Shown here in pieces: positions 1 to 9,783 of a stretch of 24,000 nucleotides of DNA. Source of the stretch: Ruania alkalisoli (lineage in GTDB: Bacteria; Actinomycetota; Actinomycetes; Actinomycetales; Beutenbergiaceae); NCBI RefSeq assembly GCF_014960965.1, contig NZ_CP063169.1:71581-95580 (forward strand), in the 5' to 3' direction. The translations under genes and the position numbers were made by a program. A model generated the notes under the pieces. It searched no databases and was not told the DNA's origin. It saw only the letters and a list, made by a program, of their open reading frames with translations. The number at the start of each line of letters is the position of its first letter. Position 1 is the first letter of the stretch.

Positions 1-2
1 AC

Positions 3-1625
3 GTGACCGCGAGAGCCAGCGCAGACCAGGTCGATGTACTCATCGTGGGCGGTGGTCTAGGAGGGGTAGCTGCTGCGATGGCACTCTGCGATCACGGCCA
101 CCGCGTGCTGATGGTTGACGAGTACCCTTGGATTGGCGGACAACTCACCGCGCAAGCGGTGCCCCCGGATGAGCACAAATGGATCGAGACCACCTCGCCC
201 ACGAGGTCCTACCAACGACTCCGCGAACGTATCCGTGAGCATTACCGTCGTAACTATCCCCTGACAGCTGTCGCTCGCGACGACTCGTTGCTCAACCCCG
301 GACGGGGCACGGTCAGCAGGCTGTGCCACGAGCCTCGCGTCGCGGTCGGTGCAATCTACGAACTCTTGGCGCCCTTCTTGGCAGCGGGGAACTTGGAGGT
401 CTGGACGCAGACACGCGTCGTTGAGGTAGAGACCGCTAACGACACCATCAACGCTGTTCGCCTCGCAACGCCGCTCGGTGAGCGCCATGTGCAGGCACGG
501 ATCTGCGTCGACGCCACTGAACGCGGTGACATCATTGCCTTGGCGGGCGCCGAACACGTAGTGGGCGCCGAGGCGCAGGTAGATACCGGCGAGCCACACG
601 CACCCGCTGTGGCCGATCCGTTCGACCAGCAGAGCATGACATGGTGTTTCGCGCTCGAGTGGGGATCCGACGACCACCACGTGATTGATCGTCCGCACGA
701 CTACGAGCGCTGGCGATCGCTAGATGCGCCCTACACTGATGCGCTCCAGTTCTCGTGGTCGGGCGTCGATCCGACGACCCTCCAGCACCGACTCATGGGC
801 CTATTCGAGGGTGACCTCGACGGGTATCGCGTGCCAGACATGTGGCACTATCGCCGAGTGCTCGCGAGGTCCACCTTTGAGATCGGCGCCGTCCGCGAGG
901 TTTCCATGGTCAACTGGCACCAGACCGACTACTGGCTTCGGCCGACCGTAACGCCGGACCTGCATGACGATCGCGCGCAGTTCGAGCGCGCCGCTGAGGA
1001 GGCTAAGCAACTCTCTCGATCGTTCCTCTACTGGCTCCAGACCGAAGCGCCCAACCAAGGCGGGGGAGTGGGATACCCAACTCTTCGACTTCGGCCGGAC
1101 ATCACCGGAACGAGCGATGGCTTCGCGATGGCGCCTTACATCCGCGAGTCCCGGCGGATCGTGGGGCTGGGTCGGGTTAGCGAACTCGACATCGGGGTCG
1201 ACGCCCGCGGTCATCGACGCCCCGAGGCCGTTCCCGACACGGTCGGCATCGGGCACTACCGCATCGATCTGCACCCCAGCGCAAGTGGGCGCAACTTCGT
1301 CGACGTCGATTGCTTCCCGTTCCAGATTCCGGCCAGGGCGATGCTGCCTGTACGCATGCGGAACCTGCTACCCGCCAACAAGAACATCGGCACGACACAC
1401 ATCACGAACGGTGCGTTCCGGTTGCATCCGGTCGAGTGGAGCATCGGCGAAGCCGTCGGCGTGATGGCAGCTGCATGCCTTCGAAACGCCACTCCTGTGC
1501 AAGCGCTAGCACATCCGCAGGCTGTCGAAACAATTCAGGGCGAACTGGCGAACCGCGGCACTTCCCTCTCGTGGCCGGACTGGATTGTCGACGACTACCC
1601 ACGCTCCCGAACGCTGTTCGTGTAG
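3..1625 (+). CDS. FAD-dependent oxidoreductase (FAD_oxidored/PF12831-like, often found in glycan utilisation loci)
   Basis: 540-aa ORF starting at GTG at nt 3. N-terminal dinucleotide-binding motif DVLIVGGGLGGVAAA at residues ~11-25, so the N-terminus is essentially complete despite the window edge. Ends 22 nt before the PL8 gene on the same strand. Family call is from motif recollection, not a search. Confidence 0.7.
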   Translation: MTARASADQVDVLIVGGGLGGVAAAMALCDHGHRVLMVDEYPWIGGQLTAQAVPPDEHKWIETTSPTRSYQRLRERIREHYRRNYPLTAVARDDSLLNPGRGTVSRLCHEPRVAVGAIYELLAPFLAAGNLEVWTQTRVVEVETANDTINAVRLATPLGERHVQARICVDATERGDIIALAGAEHVVGAEAQVDTGEPHAPAVADPFDQQSMTWCFALEWGSDDHHVIDRPHDYERWRSLDAPYTDALQFSWSGVDPTTLQHRLMGLFEGDLDGYRVPDMWHYRRVLARSTFEIGAVREVSMVNWHQTDYWLRPTVTPDLHDDRAQFERAAEEAKQLSRSFLYWLQTEAPNQGGGVGYPTLRLRPDITGTSDGFAMAPYIRESRRIVGLGRVSELDIGVDARGHRRPEAVPDTVGIGHYRIDLHPSASGRNFVDVDCFPFQIPARAMLPVRMRNLLPANKNIGTTHITNGAFRLHPVEWSIGEAVGVMAAACLRNATPVQALAHPQAVETIQGELANRGTSLSWPDWIVDDYPRSRTLFV

Positions 1626-1646
1626 CGCGACGAAAGGTCCTTCACG

Positions 1647-4061
1647 ATGGAAACCAGTGAATCGACGTACGCCATGATCAAACGGTCGGTCATACGCGGA
1701 ACAGGCGTGTTGTCGGCGGAAGGAACCATCCTTCAAGTCGAGACCGAGGCGGCGGCGGCTGCGCCACCTTTCGACGACATGCGAGCACGGTGGGCACAGG
1801 GCCTGATCGGTGCCAACATCGAGTCGACCGCACCCGAGTACGCTGCCATCATCTCCGAGATCAATTCGAAGACCGAGTACGCACTGGCCCGTCTGGAGGC
1901 GAGCTCGACCTCGACGGCGGTGTTCACTGACATTCCGCTGGGTAGCAAGTCCCAAGCCCTGGTAGCAACGGCCGTCAGAATCCAGGAGATGGCAACGGCG
2001 TTCGCGGTACCTGGAACTGATTACACCAGTGACGGCACCGTGCTGAACAACATCATCGAGGCACTCGAAGCACTTCACCGCATTGAGTACCACGTCGGAG
2101 CGACCGAGTACGACAACTGGCACAACTGGGAGATCGGCTGCCCACAGGTCATCATCGACACCTTGATCCTGTGCCACGAAGGTATCCCGACAGCCTTGCG
2201 CGAGAGTCTCGCGGCGACGGTCGACTACTTCACCCCCGACCCCAACTACATGACCTTGCGGCAGGGGACGAACAAACTGGCGACTGGTGCCAATCTTGTT
2301 GACCTGTGCCGAGTCGTCGCTGTGGCAGGACTCGCCGTCGAAAGCCCGACCCGGGTCGCCGCCGCCGCATCAGCGCTCCCTCGCGCCTTCGGCACCGTCA
2401 CAGCCGGAGACGGCTTTCACGCTGATGGTGGCTTCATCCAACACAACCATGTGCCTTACACAGGTGGCTACGGCCTCGCGCTTCTCAAGAACGCCGCACT
2501 CGTCCTTCCCGTTCTCGCGGGCACCACCTGGGAAGTGACTGACCCCCGGGTGCTCGAACTGTATGACGCGATCGAAGCGGGCTACATCCCCGCAGTGTTC
2601 AACGCCCGGATGATGGACTCGCTACGGGGACGCTATGTCGCGGTGGAGACGTCTAGCGAGTACACCACGGGACACTTGACCTTGGAGTACGTTCTGCGGC
2701 TCGCGGACGGTCTCGATCCGGGCCGACGATCGGCCTGGCGGGCTGTCTGCAAGGGCTGGCTGGATCGGTGCGCCGTCGACCCGATCAACGACGGCCGCGG
2801 AGTCCTCGACAGGCTTCCGCGCGTTGCGCTCTTCAATGATGTGCGGAACGACAGCACCGTGGCCGTCGCCCCAGAGCCGGTCGAGCACCGTAGCTACGGC
2901 AGTATGGCCCGCTCGATGCACCGGCGAAGCGGATGGGCCGTCACCGTTGCGGCCAGCAGCAAGCGCATCGCCTACTTCGAGCACGGTGGTAGCACCGGGG
3001 AGAACCTGCGAGGTTGGCACCAGGGGCTCGGCATGACCTACGTCTATGACGACGACTCAGCGCAGTACGCCGATTCCTTCTGGCCAACCGTCGATCCCTA
3101 CAAGCTTCCAGGAACCACCACAGACCAGGCCCCACTCGCGGACGGCGCAGGCGGAGCGTACGGAGCGGCGCTTCCCGCGAGCGCCTTTGGAGGAGGCACC
3201 ACCGATGGCGAGGACGGCTGTCTGGGTCAGGTCCTGTCTGGGCTGCTCACCGAGATCCATGCCACCAAGTCTTGGTTCTTCATCGAAGACGTCGTCATCC
3301 AGCTCGGCGCCGCGATCTCAGGCGCTAGCGGCCATCCGATCTACTCCGTGCTCTCTAACCGGAAGGTCCCCACGTCGACGGCACCCGCAGTGCATGTCGA
3401 CGGTGTGCAGCAGCCCGTGGCTGCGGCATGGTCTGGTGACTTTACGGACCCAAGTTGGACCCACGACGGCAGGCATGGCGTTGTGCTTCTGGAGTCGAGC
3501 CCGGTATCAGTCGCCTTCGAGGAACGATCAGGAAGCTGGGCAGCCATAAGGCGTGGAGGGTCGACCGATGCCATCACCCGCTCATATCTGACGCAATGGA
3601 TTGACCACGGAGTGGATCCTGAGGATTCCTCTTACGCCTTTGCCCTCCTGCCGACCGCAAGCGCGAAGCGGACTGCAGCGTTCGCGCGCAACCCAGGAGT
3701 CACGGTGCTGTCCAACTCGGCAGACATCCAGGCCGTGCGCAGCGACCGGGCACGTCTGGTGGCTGCCAACTTCTTCACGCCCGGTAGTCTCACCGTAGGA
3801 CGCCGACCCCGCGTCATCTACGCGGACGCACCGTGTTCTGTCATGATTCGACGCAAGGGCGGATGTCTCCAGGTCAGCCTCTCCGACCCGACCCAGGAGT
3901 CGACATCTCTCGAATTGCGCCTCGAGGGGCTTGGGGCCTCCCGGTCCAGCGGAGATAGGACCGTAGCCGTTGCCCAGGAAGGGATGACAGCAGTCCTCAC
4001 CGTGGACGTCTCAGGCGGCGACGGTAGGAGCCATCACGTGCAACTTGTCCAGGGGGTCTAG
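1647..4061 (+). CDS. Polysaccharide lyase family 8 (hyaluronate/chondroitin AC/xanthan lyase family), predicted cytoplasmic
   Basis: 804-aa ORF. PL8 hallmarks: NWHNWEIG, TGANL (catalytic Asn region), GDGFHADGGFIQHNHVPYTGGYG (catalytic His/Tyr block), MMDSLRGRYV (Arg). Collinear paralog of the ORF at 9658-12087. GAAAGG RBS-like motif upstream of the ATG. The N-terminus (KRSVIRGTGVLSAEGTILQVETE) has acidic residues in what would be the h-region. Confidence 0.9.
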   Translation: METSESTYAMIKRSVIRGTGVLSAEGTILQVETEAAAAAPPFDDMRARWAQGLIGANIESTAPEYAAIISEINSKTEYALARLEASSTSTAVFTDIPLGSKSQALVATAVRIQEMATAFAVPGTDYTSDGTVLNNIIEALEALHRIEYHVGATEYDNWHNWEIGCPQVIIDTLILCHEGIPTALRESLAATVDYFTPDPNYMTLRQGTNKLATGANLVDLCRVVAVAGLAVESPTRVAAAASALPRAFGTVTAGDGFHADGGFIQHNHVPYTGGYGLALLKNAALVLPVLAGTTWEVTDPRVLELYDAIEAGYIPAVFNARMMDSLRGRYVAVETSSEYTTGHLTLEYVLRLADGLDPGRRSAWRAVCKGWLDRCAVDPINDGRGVLDRLPRVALFNDVRNDSTVAVAPEPVEHRSYGSMARSMHRRSGWAVTVAASSKRIAYFEHGGSTGENLRGWHQGLGMTYVYDDDSAQYADSFWPTVDPYKLPGTTTDQAPLADGAGGAYGAALPASAFGGGTTDGEDGCLGQVLSGLLTEIHATKSWFFIEDVVIQLGAAISGASGHPIYSVLSNRKVPTSTAPAVHVDGVQQPVAAAWSGDFTDPSWTHDGRHGVVLLESSPVSVAFEERSGSWAAIRRGGSTDAITRSYLTQWIDHGVDPEDSSYAFALLPTASAKRTAAFARNPGVTVLSNSADIQAVRSDRARLVAANFFTPGSLTVGRRPRVIYADAPCSVMIRRKGGCLQVSLSDPTQESTSLELRLEGLGASRSSGDRTVAVAQEGMTAVLTVDVSGGDGRSHHVQLVQGV

Positions 4062-4062
4062 C

Positions 4063-5004
4063 GTGTCCGTTCAAACCTCATCGCAACGGGCCCGGTGGCG
4101 AAGGGTGTGGCGAAACCGCACACTTCTGTTGTTCGCTCTTCCGGGCATGATGGTCTTCATCGGATTCTTCTACCTGCCGCTGCTCGGAAATGTCATTGCG
4201 TTCAAGGACTACCAGCCTTTCATTGGCATTCTTGAGTCCGAGTGGGTGGGGCTCGACAATTTCCGGGTGCTGTGGAGCGGTGATCCGGAGTTCTTGAATG
4301 CTCTGAAGAACACCCTCATCATCACGGCTCTTCAGTTGATGTTCACGTTTCCGGTCCCCATCGCGCTAGCGCTGCTGATGAACAGCTTACTATCGCAGGC
4401 ATTCAAGCGCTGGGTCCAGTCGATTCTCTATCTGCCATACTTCCTTTCCTGGGTGGTGGTAGTTGCGATCTTTCAACACATCTTGGGATATAATGGCCCT
4501 CTCGAATCCTTCATGGCTGCGATCGGTGGACCGGAGCCGCAGATCATCGGCAACCCTGACTTCTTCAAGCCGCTACTCATCCTGCAGGACATTTGGAAGA
4601 ACGCGGGTTGGGGGACGATCCTGTTTCTTGCGGCCCTAGGTGGTATCGACGAAGGGCTGTACCAGGCTGCCGCCGTCGACGGCGCATCCCGATGGCGTCA
4701 ACTGTGGCACGTTACGCTGCCCGGTATCCGTTCCGTCGTAATTCTCATTCTCATCCTCAGGATCGGCGACATTCTCACGGTCGGCTTTGAGCAGATCATC
4801 CTGCAGCAGCAGGCGGTCGGTCGGGACGTGTCGGAAGTGCTCGACACGTACGTGTACAACAACGGGATCCTCGGTGGAGATTGGGGAACGTCGGCCGCCG
4901 TCGGGCTCGTCAAGGGGGTCATCGGCGTCGGCCTCGTGCTACTCGCCAACAAGCTCGCGCACATGTTCGGAGAAGCTGGCATCTATCGGAAGGCCCAAAG
5001 ATGA
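4063..5004 (+). CDS. ABC transporter permease, LplB/YteP-like (CUT1-type oligosaccharide importer)
   Basis: ORF track 4045-5004. I prefer GTG 4063, which has GGGGG 5-6 nt upstream and lies 2 nt after the PL8 stop. N-terminal LPGMMVFIGFFYLPLLGNVIAFKDY is typical of LplB-type permeases. Multiple hydrophobic spans and an EAA-like loop (AAAVDGASRWRQLWHVTLPGI). Confidence 0.85.
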   Translation: MSVQTSSQRARWRRVWRNRTLLLFALPGMMVFIGFFYLPLLGNVIAFKDYQPFIGILESEWVGLDNFRVLWSGDPEFLNALKNTLIITALQLMFTFPVPIALALLMNSLLSQAFKRWVQSILYLPYFLSWVVVVAIFQHILGYNGPLESFMAAIGGPEPQIIGNPDFFKPLLILQDIWKNAGWGTILFLAALGGIDEGLYQAAAVDGASRWRQLWHVTLPGIRSVVILILILRIGDILTVGFEQIILQQQAVGRDVSEVLDTYVYNNGILGGDWGTSAAVGLVKGVIGVGLVLLANKLAHMFGEAGIYRKAQR

Positions 5005-5966
5005 GCGTGATGGAACGTGGCCACGCCCATACCGGTCCGGAGGCCGCGACAACGCGATCGCCAAAGCGCGGCCGACGCTCTGGAGGTCTCTACGTCGGCT
5101 ACAGGTCGCACTGGGCGGCCGAGGGCGCCAAGATGCTGGCCCTGGGGCTGTGCTGCCTGGTGGTCCTGGGACCATTCGCCATGGTTGTGGCAACGTCTCT
5201 CGCTGACCCTGAACAGATCGCTCGTGACGGTGGCATGGTTCTTTGGCCGGAGGTCCCGACCCTGGAGGCATACCGTGCGATCTTCACCGGTGGTCAGATC
5301 AGTGGAGCGATCGGCGTATCCGCTTTCGTCACCATTGTCGGCACTGCGGTCGCGCTCTCCGTTACCTCGCTCTTGGCCTACGCGCTTTCGCGACGAACAA
5401 TGCCTTTCCGGGGGGTTCTCCTTGGAGCGGTCCTACTCACGATGCTGTTCGGCGTTGGAATCATTCCGCTCTATCTCACGGTGAAGACGTTCCACCTGCT
5501 CGACTCTCTGTGGTCCCTGATAATCCCAGTTAGCGTCTCTGCGTTCAATGTGATCGTCATGCGCCAGTTCTTCCAGAACCTGCCTGATGAGATATCTGAA
5601 GCCGCAACGATCGACGGCGCTTCCGAATTGAAGATATTCACTACTATCATTGTGCCGCTCTCCAAGCCGATCTTCGCCGCCATCGGGCTCTTCTATGCCG
5701 TCAACTTCTGGAACACGTTCTTCTCCGCATTATTGTACATCAACGACCAGAGTAAGTGGCCCATTCAACTAATCCTACGTCAATACCTTGTGAACAACGC
5801 ACAGGTTGGCTTGGATGAAGTCGCGATGGCGGGTGAGATGCCGCCCGCCCAGCCGTCACTCCAAATGGCGATCTTGGTCGTTTCGCTTATCCCGATCGTG
5901 TGCGTCTATCCATTCCTTCAGAAGCACTTCACGAAGGGGATGCTGACCGGTGCGATCAAGGGCTGA
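5001..5966 (+). CDS. ABC transporter permease, LplC/YtcP-like
   Basis: ATG 5001 overlaps the upstream stop (ATGA, 5001-5004), indicating translational coupling. EAA loop ATIDGASELKIFTTIIVPLSKP, and WPIQLILRQYL typical of LplC-type permeases. The longer ORF-track start at 4881 lies inside the upstream gene and is Arg-rich. Confidence 0.85.
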   Translation: MSVMERGHAHTGPEAATTRSPKRGRRSGGLYVGYRSHWAAEGAKMLALGLCCLVVLGPFAMVVATSLADPEQIARDGGMVLWPEVPTLEAYRAIFTGGQISGAIGVSAFVTIVGTAVALSVTSLLAYALSRRTMPFRGVLLGAVLLTMLFGVGIIPLYLTVKTFHLLDSLWSLIIPVSVSAFNVIVMRQFFQNLPDEISEAATIDGASELKIFTTIIVPLSKPIFAAIGLFYAVNFWNTFFSALLYINDQSKWPIQLILRQYLVNNAQVGLDEVAMAGEMPPAQPSLQMAILVVSLIPIVCVYPFLQKHFTKGMLTGAIKG

Positions 5967-6061
5967 CAGATGCACCTTCGGAAGACGCGGCAACGTTCTC
6001 GCTCTGTCGGCGCACTCTGAACGGAAATATGGCGCGGAGTCAAGGGAAGTGGAGTATGTGC

Positions 6062-7021
6062 ATGAACGCTGATCAGGGCATCGATGCAACGTTCGGAGCT
6101 CTCCCGGCAGCCGTAGTCCCCCCTGCGCTCCATTGGGAGACTACTGCGTGCGAGCTCCCCGCCCGCCTTCCTGAACGGATTCTTGTGACCGGAGCGGGAG
6201 GAACGCTAGGGGGTGACGTTGTGGGGCTGCTGGCTGCGCTTGGTGCGCATGTCATCGCCCTCTCGACTACCTGGCGGCGGCCTTCTGTAGCCGCTGAAGC
6301 CGTCACCGCGGATGCTGCAGATGCTGACGCGGTTCGCTCGGCGTGTGCGGGCGTGGATGCAGTTGTTCATATGGCCGCAATTCCTGGAACGGACCTCGCG
6401 GACCCGTTCCTGGGCTACACCACCAACACAGCGAGTACCTTCAACGTTCTTCAGCAGGCAGGCGAGCATGATATTCAGAGGGCCGTCGTGGCCAGCAGCA
6501 TCAACGCCTTCGGTGTGCCTGCGAACCATCGTGAAATGCTCCCGGCGTACTACCCAATTGACGAGAATGTCCCCAGAGCTCTAGACGACTGGTATTCGCT
6601 GTCGAAGGCCAGCGATGAGCTCACGACCGAGATGGCTGCTAGCCAGTTCGCCATGACGGTGATCGCACTGAGGTTCCCGCTCACCACCCTCCCATCGAGG
6701 GTTCGCGCCCTCGCTGAGCCGCACCAGCAACGCCACGTCAGAGAAGGTTGGTCTTACCTTGATCGTCGAGATGCCGCGGTCGCCGTGGCTCACGCGCTCG
6801 TGGTCGATCTGACTGGGGCACACATCATTGGCTTGGCTGCCTCGGATACCTATCGCAGCGAAGACACCGAGCAACTGCTCGATTGCTACGCCCCCAGGGT
6901 GCCCCGCCGACGCCGATTCGAGGGCCGCGAGTCCCTGATCGACACCTCCCGTGCCGAGAACCTGCTCCGTTTCAGACCACGTCATCGCTGGACCGACCCC
7001 GACCCGCCCACCATCCCTTGA
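6062..7021 (+). CDS. NAD-dependent epimerase/dehydratase family protein (extended SDR)
   Basis: Rossmann motif ILVTGAGGTLGG and catalytic YSLSK (YxxxK). Start uncertain: ATGs at 6029, 6056 and 6062. 6062 has GGAG ~7 nt upstream. Confidence 0.7.
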   Translation: MNADQGIDATFGALPAAVVPPALHWETTACELPARLPERILVTGAGGTLGGDVVGLLAALGAHVIALSTTWRRPSVAAEAVTADAADADAVRSACAGVDAVVHMAAIPGTDLADPFLGYTTNTASTFNVLQQAGEHDIQRAVVASSINAFGVPANHREMLPAYYPIDENVPRALDDWYSLSKASDELTTEMAASQFAMTVIALRFPLTTLPSRVRALAEPHQQRHVREGWSYLDRRDAAVAVAHALVVDLTGAHIIGLAASDTYRSEDTEQLLDCYAPRVPRRRRFEGRESLIDTSRAENLLRFRPRHRWTDPDPPTIP

Positions 7022-7044
7022 GCAGGGACACACCACCAGGAGTC

Positions 7045-8325
7045 ATGATGTCAGCTGGACCGACCGAACGCCCAGATGCCTTCGCCTCGCCGTGGCCTGT
7101 GCCCGACGACGTCCGGATCACAGGGGTGAGGACCATCGTTACGGCACCCTATGGCATCCCTCTCGTAGTCGTTCGCGTGGATACGAGCGAACCGGGCTTG
7201 TACGGACTTGGGTGTGCGACGTTCACTCAGCGGTGGAAGGCGGTAGTCACCTACGTCGAAGAACACCTGGCACGGCTGGTGATCGGTCGCTACCCAGGGG
7301 ACATCGGCGATCTCGTGAGGCTCGCAAAGTTCTCCTCCTATTGGCGCGAGGGCGCCGTCGGAAACAATGCAATCTCGGGCCTAGACGAGGCACTCTGGGA
7401 CATCGCGGGGAAGCGCGCGGGACGACCGGTCCATGAACTTCTCGGAGGAAAGGTACGTGCTGCCGCCGACTGCTACGTGCACAGCTTTGGCCTGGACATC
7501 GAACAAGCTGTCTCGCACGCACTCGAGAAGGCAGAAGCCGGATGGCGCTACGTTCGGATCCAGGTCTCGCAGCCTGGTGCAGGTAGCTATGGATCCTCTC
7601 CGCTCGGAGGAGTCACAAGTGCATCCGCTCCCTACCCGCATGGGTGGCGGGTCTCGGAGTACCTGCGCCTCGTTCCGCGCCTCTTCGAGCAGGCGAGGAA
7701 GGTGCTGGGCGACGACGTCGAACTGCTGCACGACGTGCACTCACGGCTCTATCCGAAACAGGCCGTCACACTCGCACGATCGCTCGAGGCCTTCAATCTG
7801 TACTTCCTAGAGGACGTGCTTCCCCCTGAGCACTGGGACGCTCTCCCGGAGGTGCGTTCCGCGTCTCCGATACCTCTCGCTGTCGGCGAACTCACCACCT
7901 CCGTGACAGATGCCGCCCGTCTAATCATGAACGGCGCCGTCGACCTGATCCGCTGCCACATCTCCGCGATCGGAGGCCTCACGCCTGCGCGGAAGCTCGC
8001 TGCCGTAGCTGAACTCGCAGGCGTCCGCACTGCCTGGCATGCGCCAGGCGACACGTCACCAGTCGGAGTCGCTGCGAGTGTCGCGCTCGACGTTACCAGT
8101 CCGACGTTCGGCATTCAGGAGTGTCACGAGTTCGATGAACTCACCCAGGAGGTCTTTCCCGGCACGATTGTCCCGCAGCAGGGATGGTTAGCGCCGAACG
8201 AAGCGCCGGGATGGGGGATAGACCTCGATGAGTCCTTAGCGCTGCGCTTTCCGCCGAACCTGTCGCCGTTCGACAGCTGGGCGGCGGGCGTGCGGAGTCT
8301 CGATGGCGGCCTGCTAGCACCGTGA
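7045..8325 (+). CDS. Enolase-superfamily dehydratase, D-mannonate dehydratase (ManD)/RspA/D-galactonate dehydratase family
   Basis: ATG 7045 preceded by AGGAG (7038-7042). N-terminal ITGVRTIVTAP...VVVRVDT, ALWDIAGKRAGRPVHELLGG, and metal-ligand blocks LLHDVHSRL, LYFLEDVLPPE, LAVGEL match the ManD-type pattern. Confidence 0.85.
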   Translation: MMSAGPTERPDAFASPWPVPDDVRITGVRTIVTAPYGIPLVVVRVDTSEPGLYGLGCATFTQRWKAVVTYVEEHLARLVIGRYPGDIGDLVRLAKFSSYWREGAVGNNAISGLDEALWDIAGKRAGRPVHELLGGKVRAAADCYVHSFGLDIEQAVSHALEKAEAGWRYVRIQVSQPGAGSYGSSPLGGVTSASAPYPHGWRVSEYLRLVPRLFEQARKVLGDDVELLHDVHSRLYPKQAVTLARSLEAFNLYFLEDVLPPEHWDALPEVRSASPIPLAVGELTTSVTDAARLIMNGAVDLIRCHISAIGGLTPARKLAAVAELAGVRTAWHAPGDTSPVGVAASVALDVTSPTFGIQECHEFDELTQEVFPGTIVPQQGWLAPNEAPGWGIDLDESLALRFPPNLSPFDSWAAGVRSLDGGLLAP

Positions 8326-8471
8326 ATCAGACCGACAGAGATCGATGAATGGATGGATTGTATGAGGTGTCGTAACGTGGGCTGGAGCCGGGATGGGTCG
8401 ATGCTTGCCGCTCGTCTCAGGGTAGCGCGAGGCCGCAGGCAGTCTTGGGGTAACCCGGTCGGAACTCGCTG

Positions 8472-9437
8472 ATGCCGCTCTTCGACAAACCCCTTGCGCA
8501 ACTGCATGCCTACTACCCGGATATCGCAGAACCCGATGACTTCGACGACTTCTGGCAGGCGACTCTCTCTGAAGCCCGTGCGTACCCGCTGGGTCTCGAA
8601 CTGTCGGGGCGCGCTGACACGATCCGTCATATCGATGTGTTCGACGTGACGTTCTCTGGCTTCGGCGGTCATCCGATCAAAGCCTGGTATGCCCGCCCGG
8701 CCGGCGTCAGCGCAGACCTGCCCCTCGTGGTCAGCTTCGTCGGCTATCACGGAGGAAGGGGGTATCCGTGGGATCACACCACCTTCCCGTCGGCAGGATA
8801 CGGCTACTTGCGCGTCGACTCGCGGGGACAGGGATGGCTCCGGGCCGCCCCCGGGCATACGCCCGATCCCGTAGGACACGCACCAGCGGCCCCTGGGGTT
8901 ATGACGCGTGGCCTTGAGAGTCCAGCCGACTACTACTACCGACGTCTCTATACAGACGCCGCGAGATCCATCGAAGCTGGTCGCGAACTACCGGGTGTCG
9001 CAAAGGATGCGGTTGTGGTCGCTGGCGGGAGCCAGGGGGGAGGTATTGCGATCGCTGCCGCAGCGATTGTTCCCGATGTAGCTGGCCTCATGACGGACGT
9101 TCCATTCCTGCAACATATCCGAAGAGCGGTTGATATAGTCGGCACAGCCCCCTACAGCGAATTGACCGATTATCTCGCTGCGCACCGAGACGCTGTCGAC
9201 CAGGCTTGGCGCACAATTTCCTACTTCGACGGCGTAAACATGGCTGCCCGCGGCACCGCGCCGTCGCTCTGGTCTGTCGCGCTCATGGACACAACGTGCC
9301 CACCGTCCACCGTGTACGCATCGTACAACCGTTACGGCGGAGAGAAGCAGATAGAGGTATATCCATACAATGGGCACGAAGGAGGAGGCTCCTATCATAC
9401 AGGGCTGAAGCTGAAATGGCTCGCCGAGCGATTCTGA
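8472..9437 (+). CDS. Carbohydrate esterase family 7 (acetyl xylan esterase / cephalosporin-C deacetylase-like)
   Basis: N-terminus MPLFDKPLAQLHAYYPDIAEPDDFDDFWQATL is the characteristic CE7 (AXE1) start. Nucleophile elbow GGSQGGG. C-terminal YPYNGHEGG contains the catalytic His region. Confidence 0.9.
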   Translation: MPLFDKPLAQLHAYYPDIAEPDDFDDFWQATLSEARAYPLGLELSGRADTIRHIDVFDVTFSGFGGHPIKAWYARPAGVSADLPLVVSFVGYHGGRGYPWDHTTFPSAGYGYLRVDSRGQGWLRAAPGHTPDPVGHAPAAPGVMTRGLESPADYYYRRLYTDAARSIEAGRELPGVAKDAVVVAGGSQGGGIAIAAAAIVPDVAGLMTDVPFLQHIRRAVDIVGTAPYSELTDYLAAHRDAVDQAWRTISYFDGVNMAARGTAPSLWSVALMDTTCPPSTVYASYNRYGGEKQIEVYPYNGHEGGGSYHTGLKLKWLAERF

Positions 9438-9589
9438 CTGGAAGGTCCACGGCGGTTCGGATGGTGTCGCCAGGAGCCGAGAAATGCTCGGAGCGGCTGC
9501 ATCTTCCGATGCCTCTCAGTCGCCGAGGCAATTGCACGACGGCACGGTGAGGTCCTGGAGCACTAGATATCGACGGCCTCTGTGTGCAA

Positions 9590-9631
9590 ACTCCGATAGT
9601 TCTTCCCAATCGGAATGTTGATGCTATCCGA
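9590..9631. promoter_or_regulatory. Candidate operator: three TCCGAT/ATCGGA half-sites upstream of the second PL8 gene
   Basis: TCCGAT 9590-9595, ATCGGA 9607-9612, TCCGAT 9625-9630. The last two extend to a 7-bp inverted repeat, AATCGGA(9606-9612)/TCCGATT(9625-9631). They sit in a 220-bp AT-richer intergenic region 27-68 nt upstream of ATG 9658 (AAGGAG RBS at 9645-9650). Confidence 0.3.
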
Positions 9632-9657
9632 TTTAACCAAGAGACAAGGAGTACAAG

Positions 9658-9783
9658 ATGCTAGACGATCATGAACAATCGAAGGGGATCGCGCGCAGAA
9701 CTCTGTTCGGCGGAGCGATACTGGGAGCTGCTACATTCGCTACGTTCGCCGAATTGCGGCCCCAGGGTGCCGCCGCAGCAGCT
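9658..9783 (+). other. Twin-arginine (Tat) signal peptide coding region
   Basis: RR at residues 13-14 in the context IARRTLFGG, an uncharged h-region (AILGAATFATFA), then an Ala-rich stretch (GAAAAA) as a possible cleavage region. The exact cleavage site is not determinable by eye. Confidence 0.6.

Noticed and set aside
57-698. 213-aa minus-strand ORF (and 356-637, 801-1274) overlapping the FAD oxidoreductase gene
   Set aside because: Antisense shadow ORFs typical of high-GC DNA. They have no recognisable motifs, whereas the plus-strand frame has a clear FAD-binding motif.
1506-2177. 223-aa minus-strand ORF across the FAD-oxidoreductase/PL8 junction
   Set aside because: It spans an intergenic gap and two well-supported plus-strand genes. 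Arg/Gly-rich and motif-free.
4881-5000. Upstream extension of the second permease ORF (start at 4881)
   Set aside because: The extension is Arg-rich and lies within the first permease gene. ATG 5001 gives the classic ATGA coupling.
8124-8879. 251-aa minus-strand ORF spanning the ManD end, the intergenic region and the CE7 start
   Set aside because: It is antisense to two genes with strong family signatures. No motifs.
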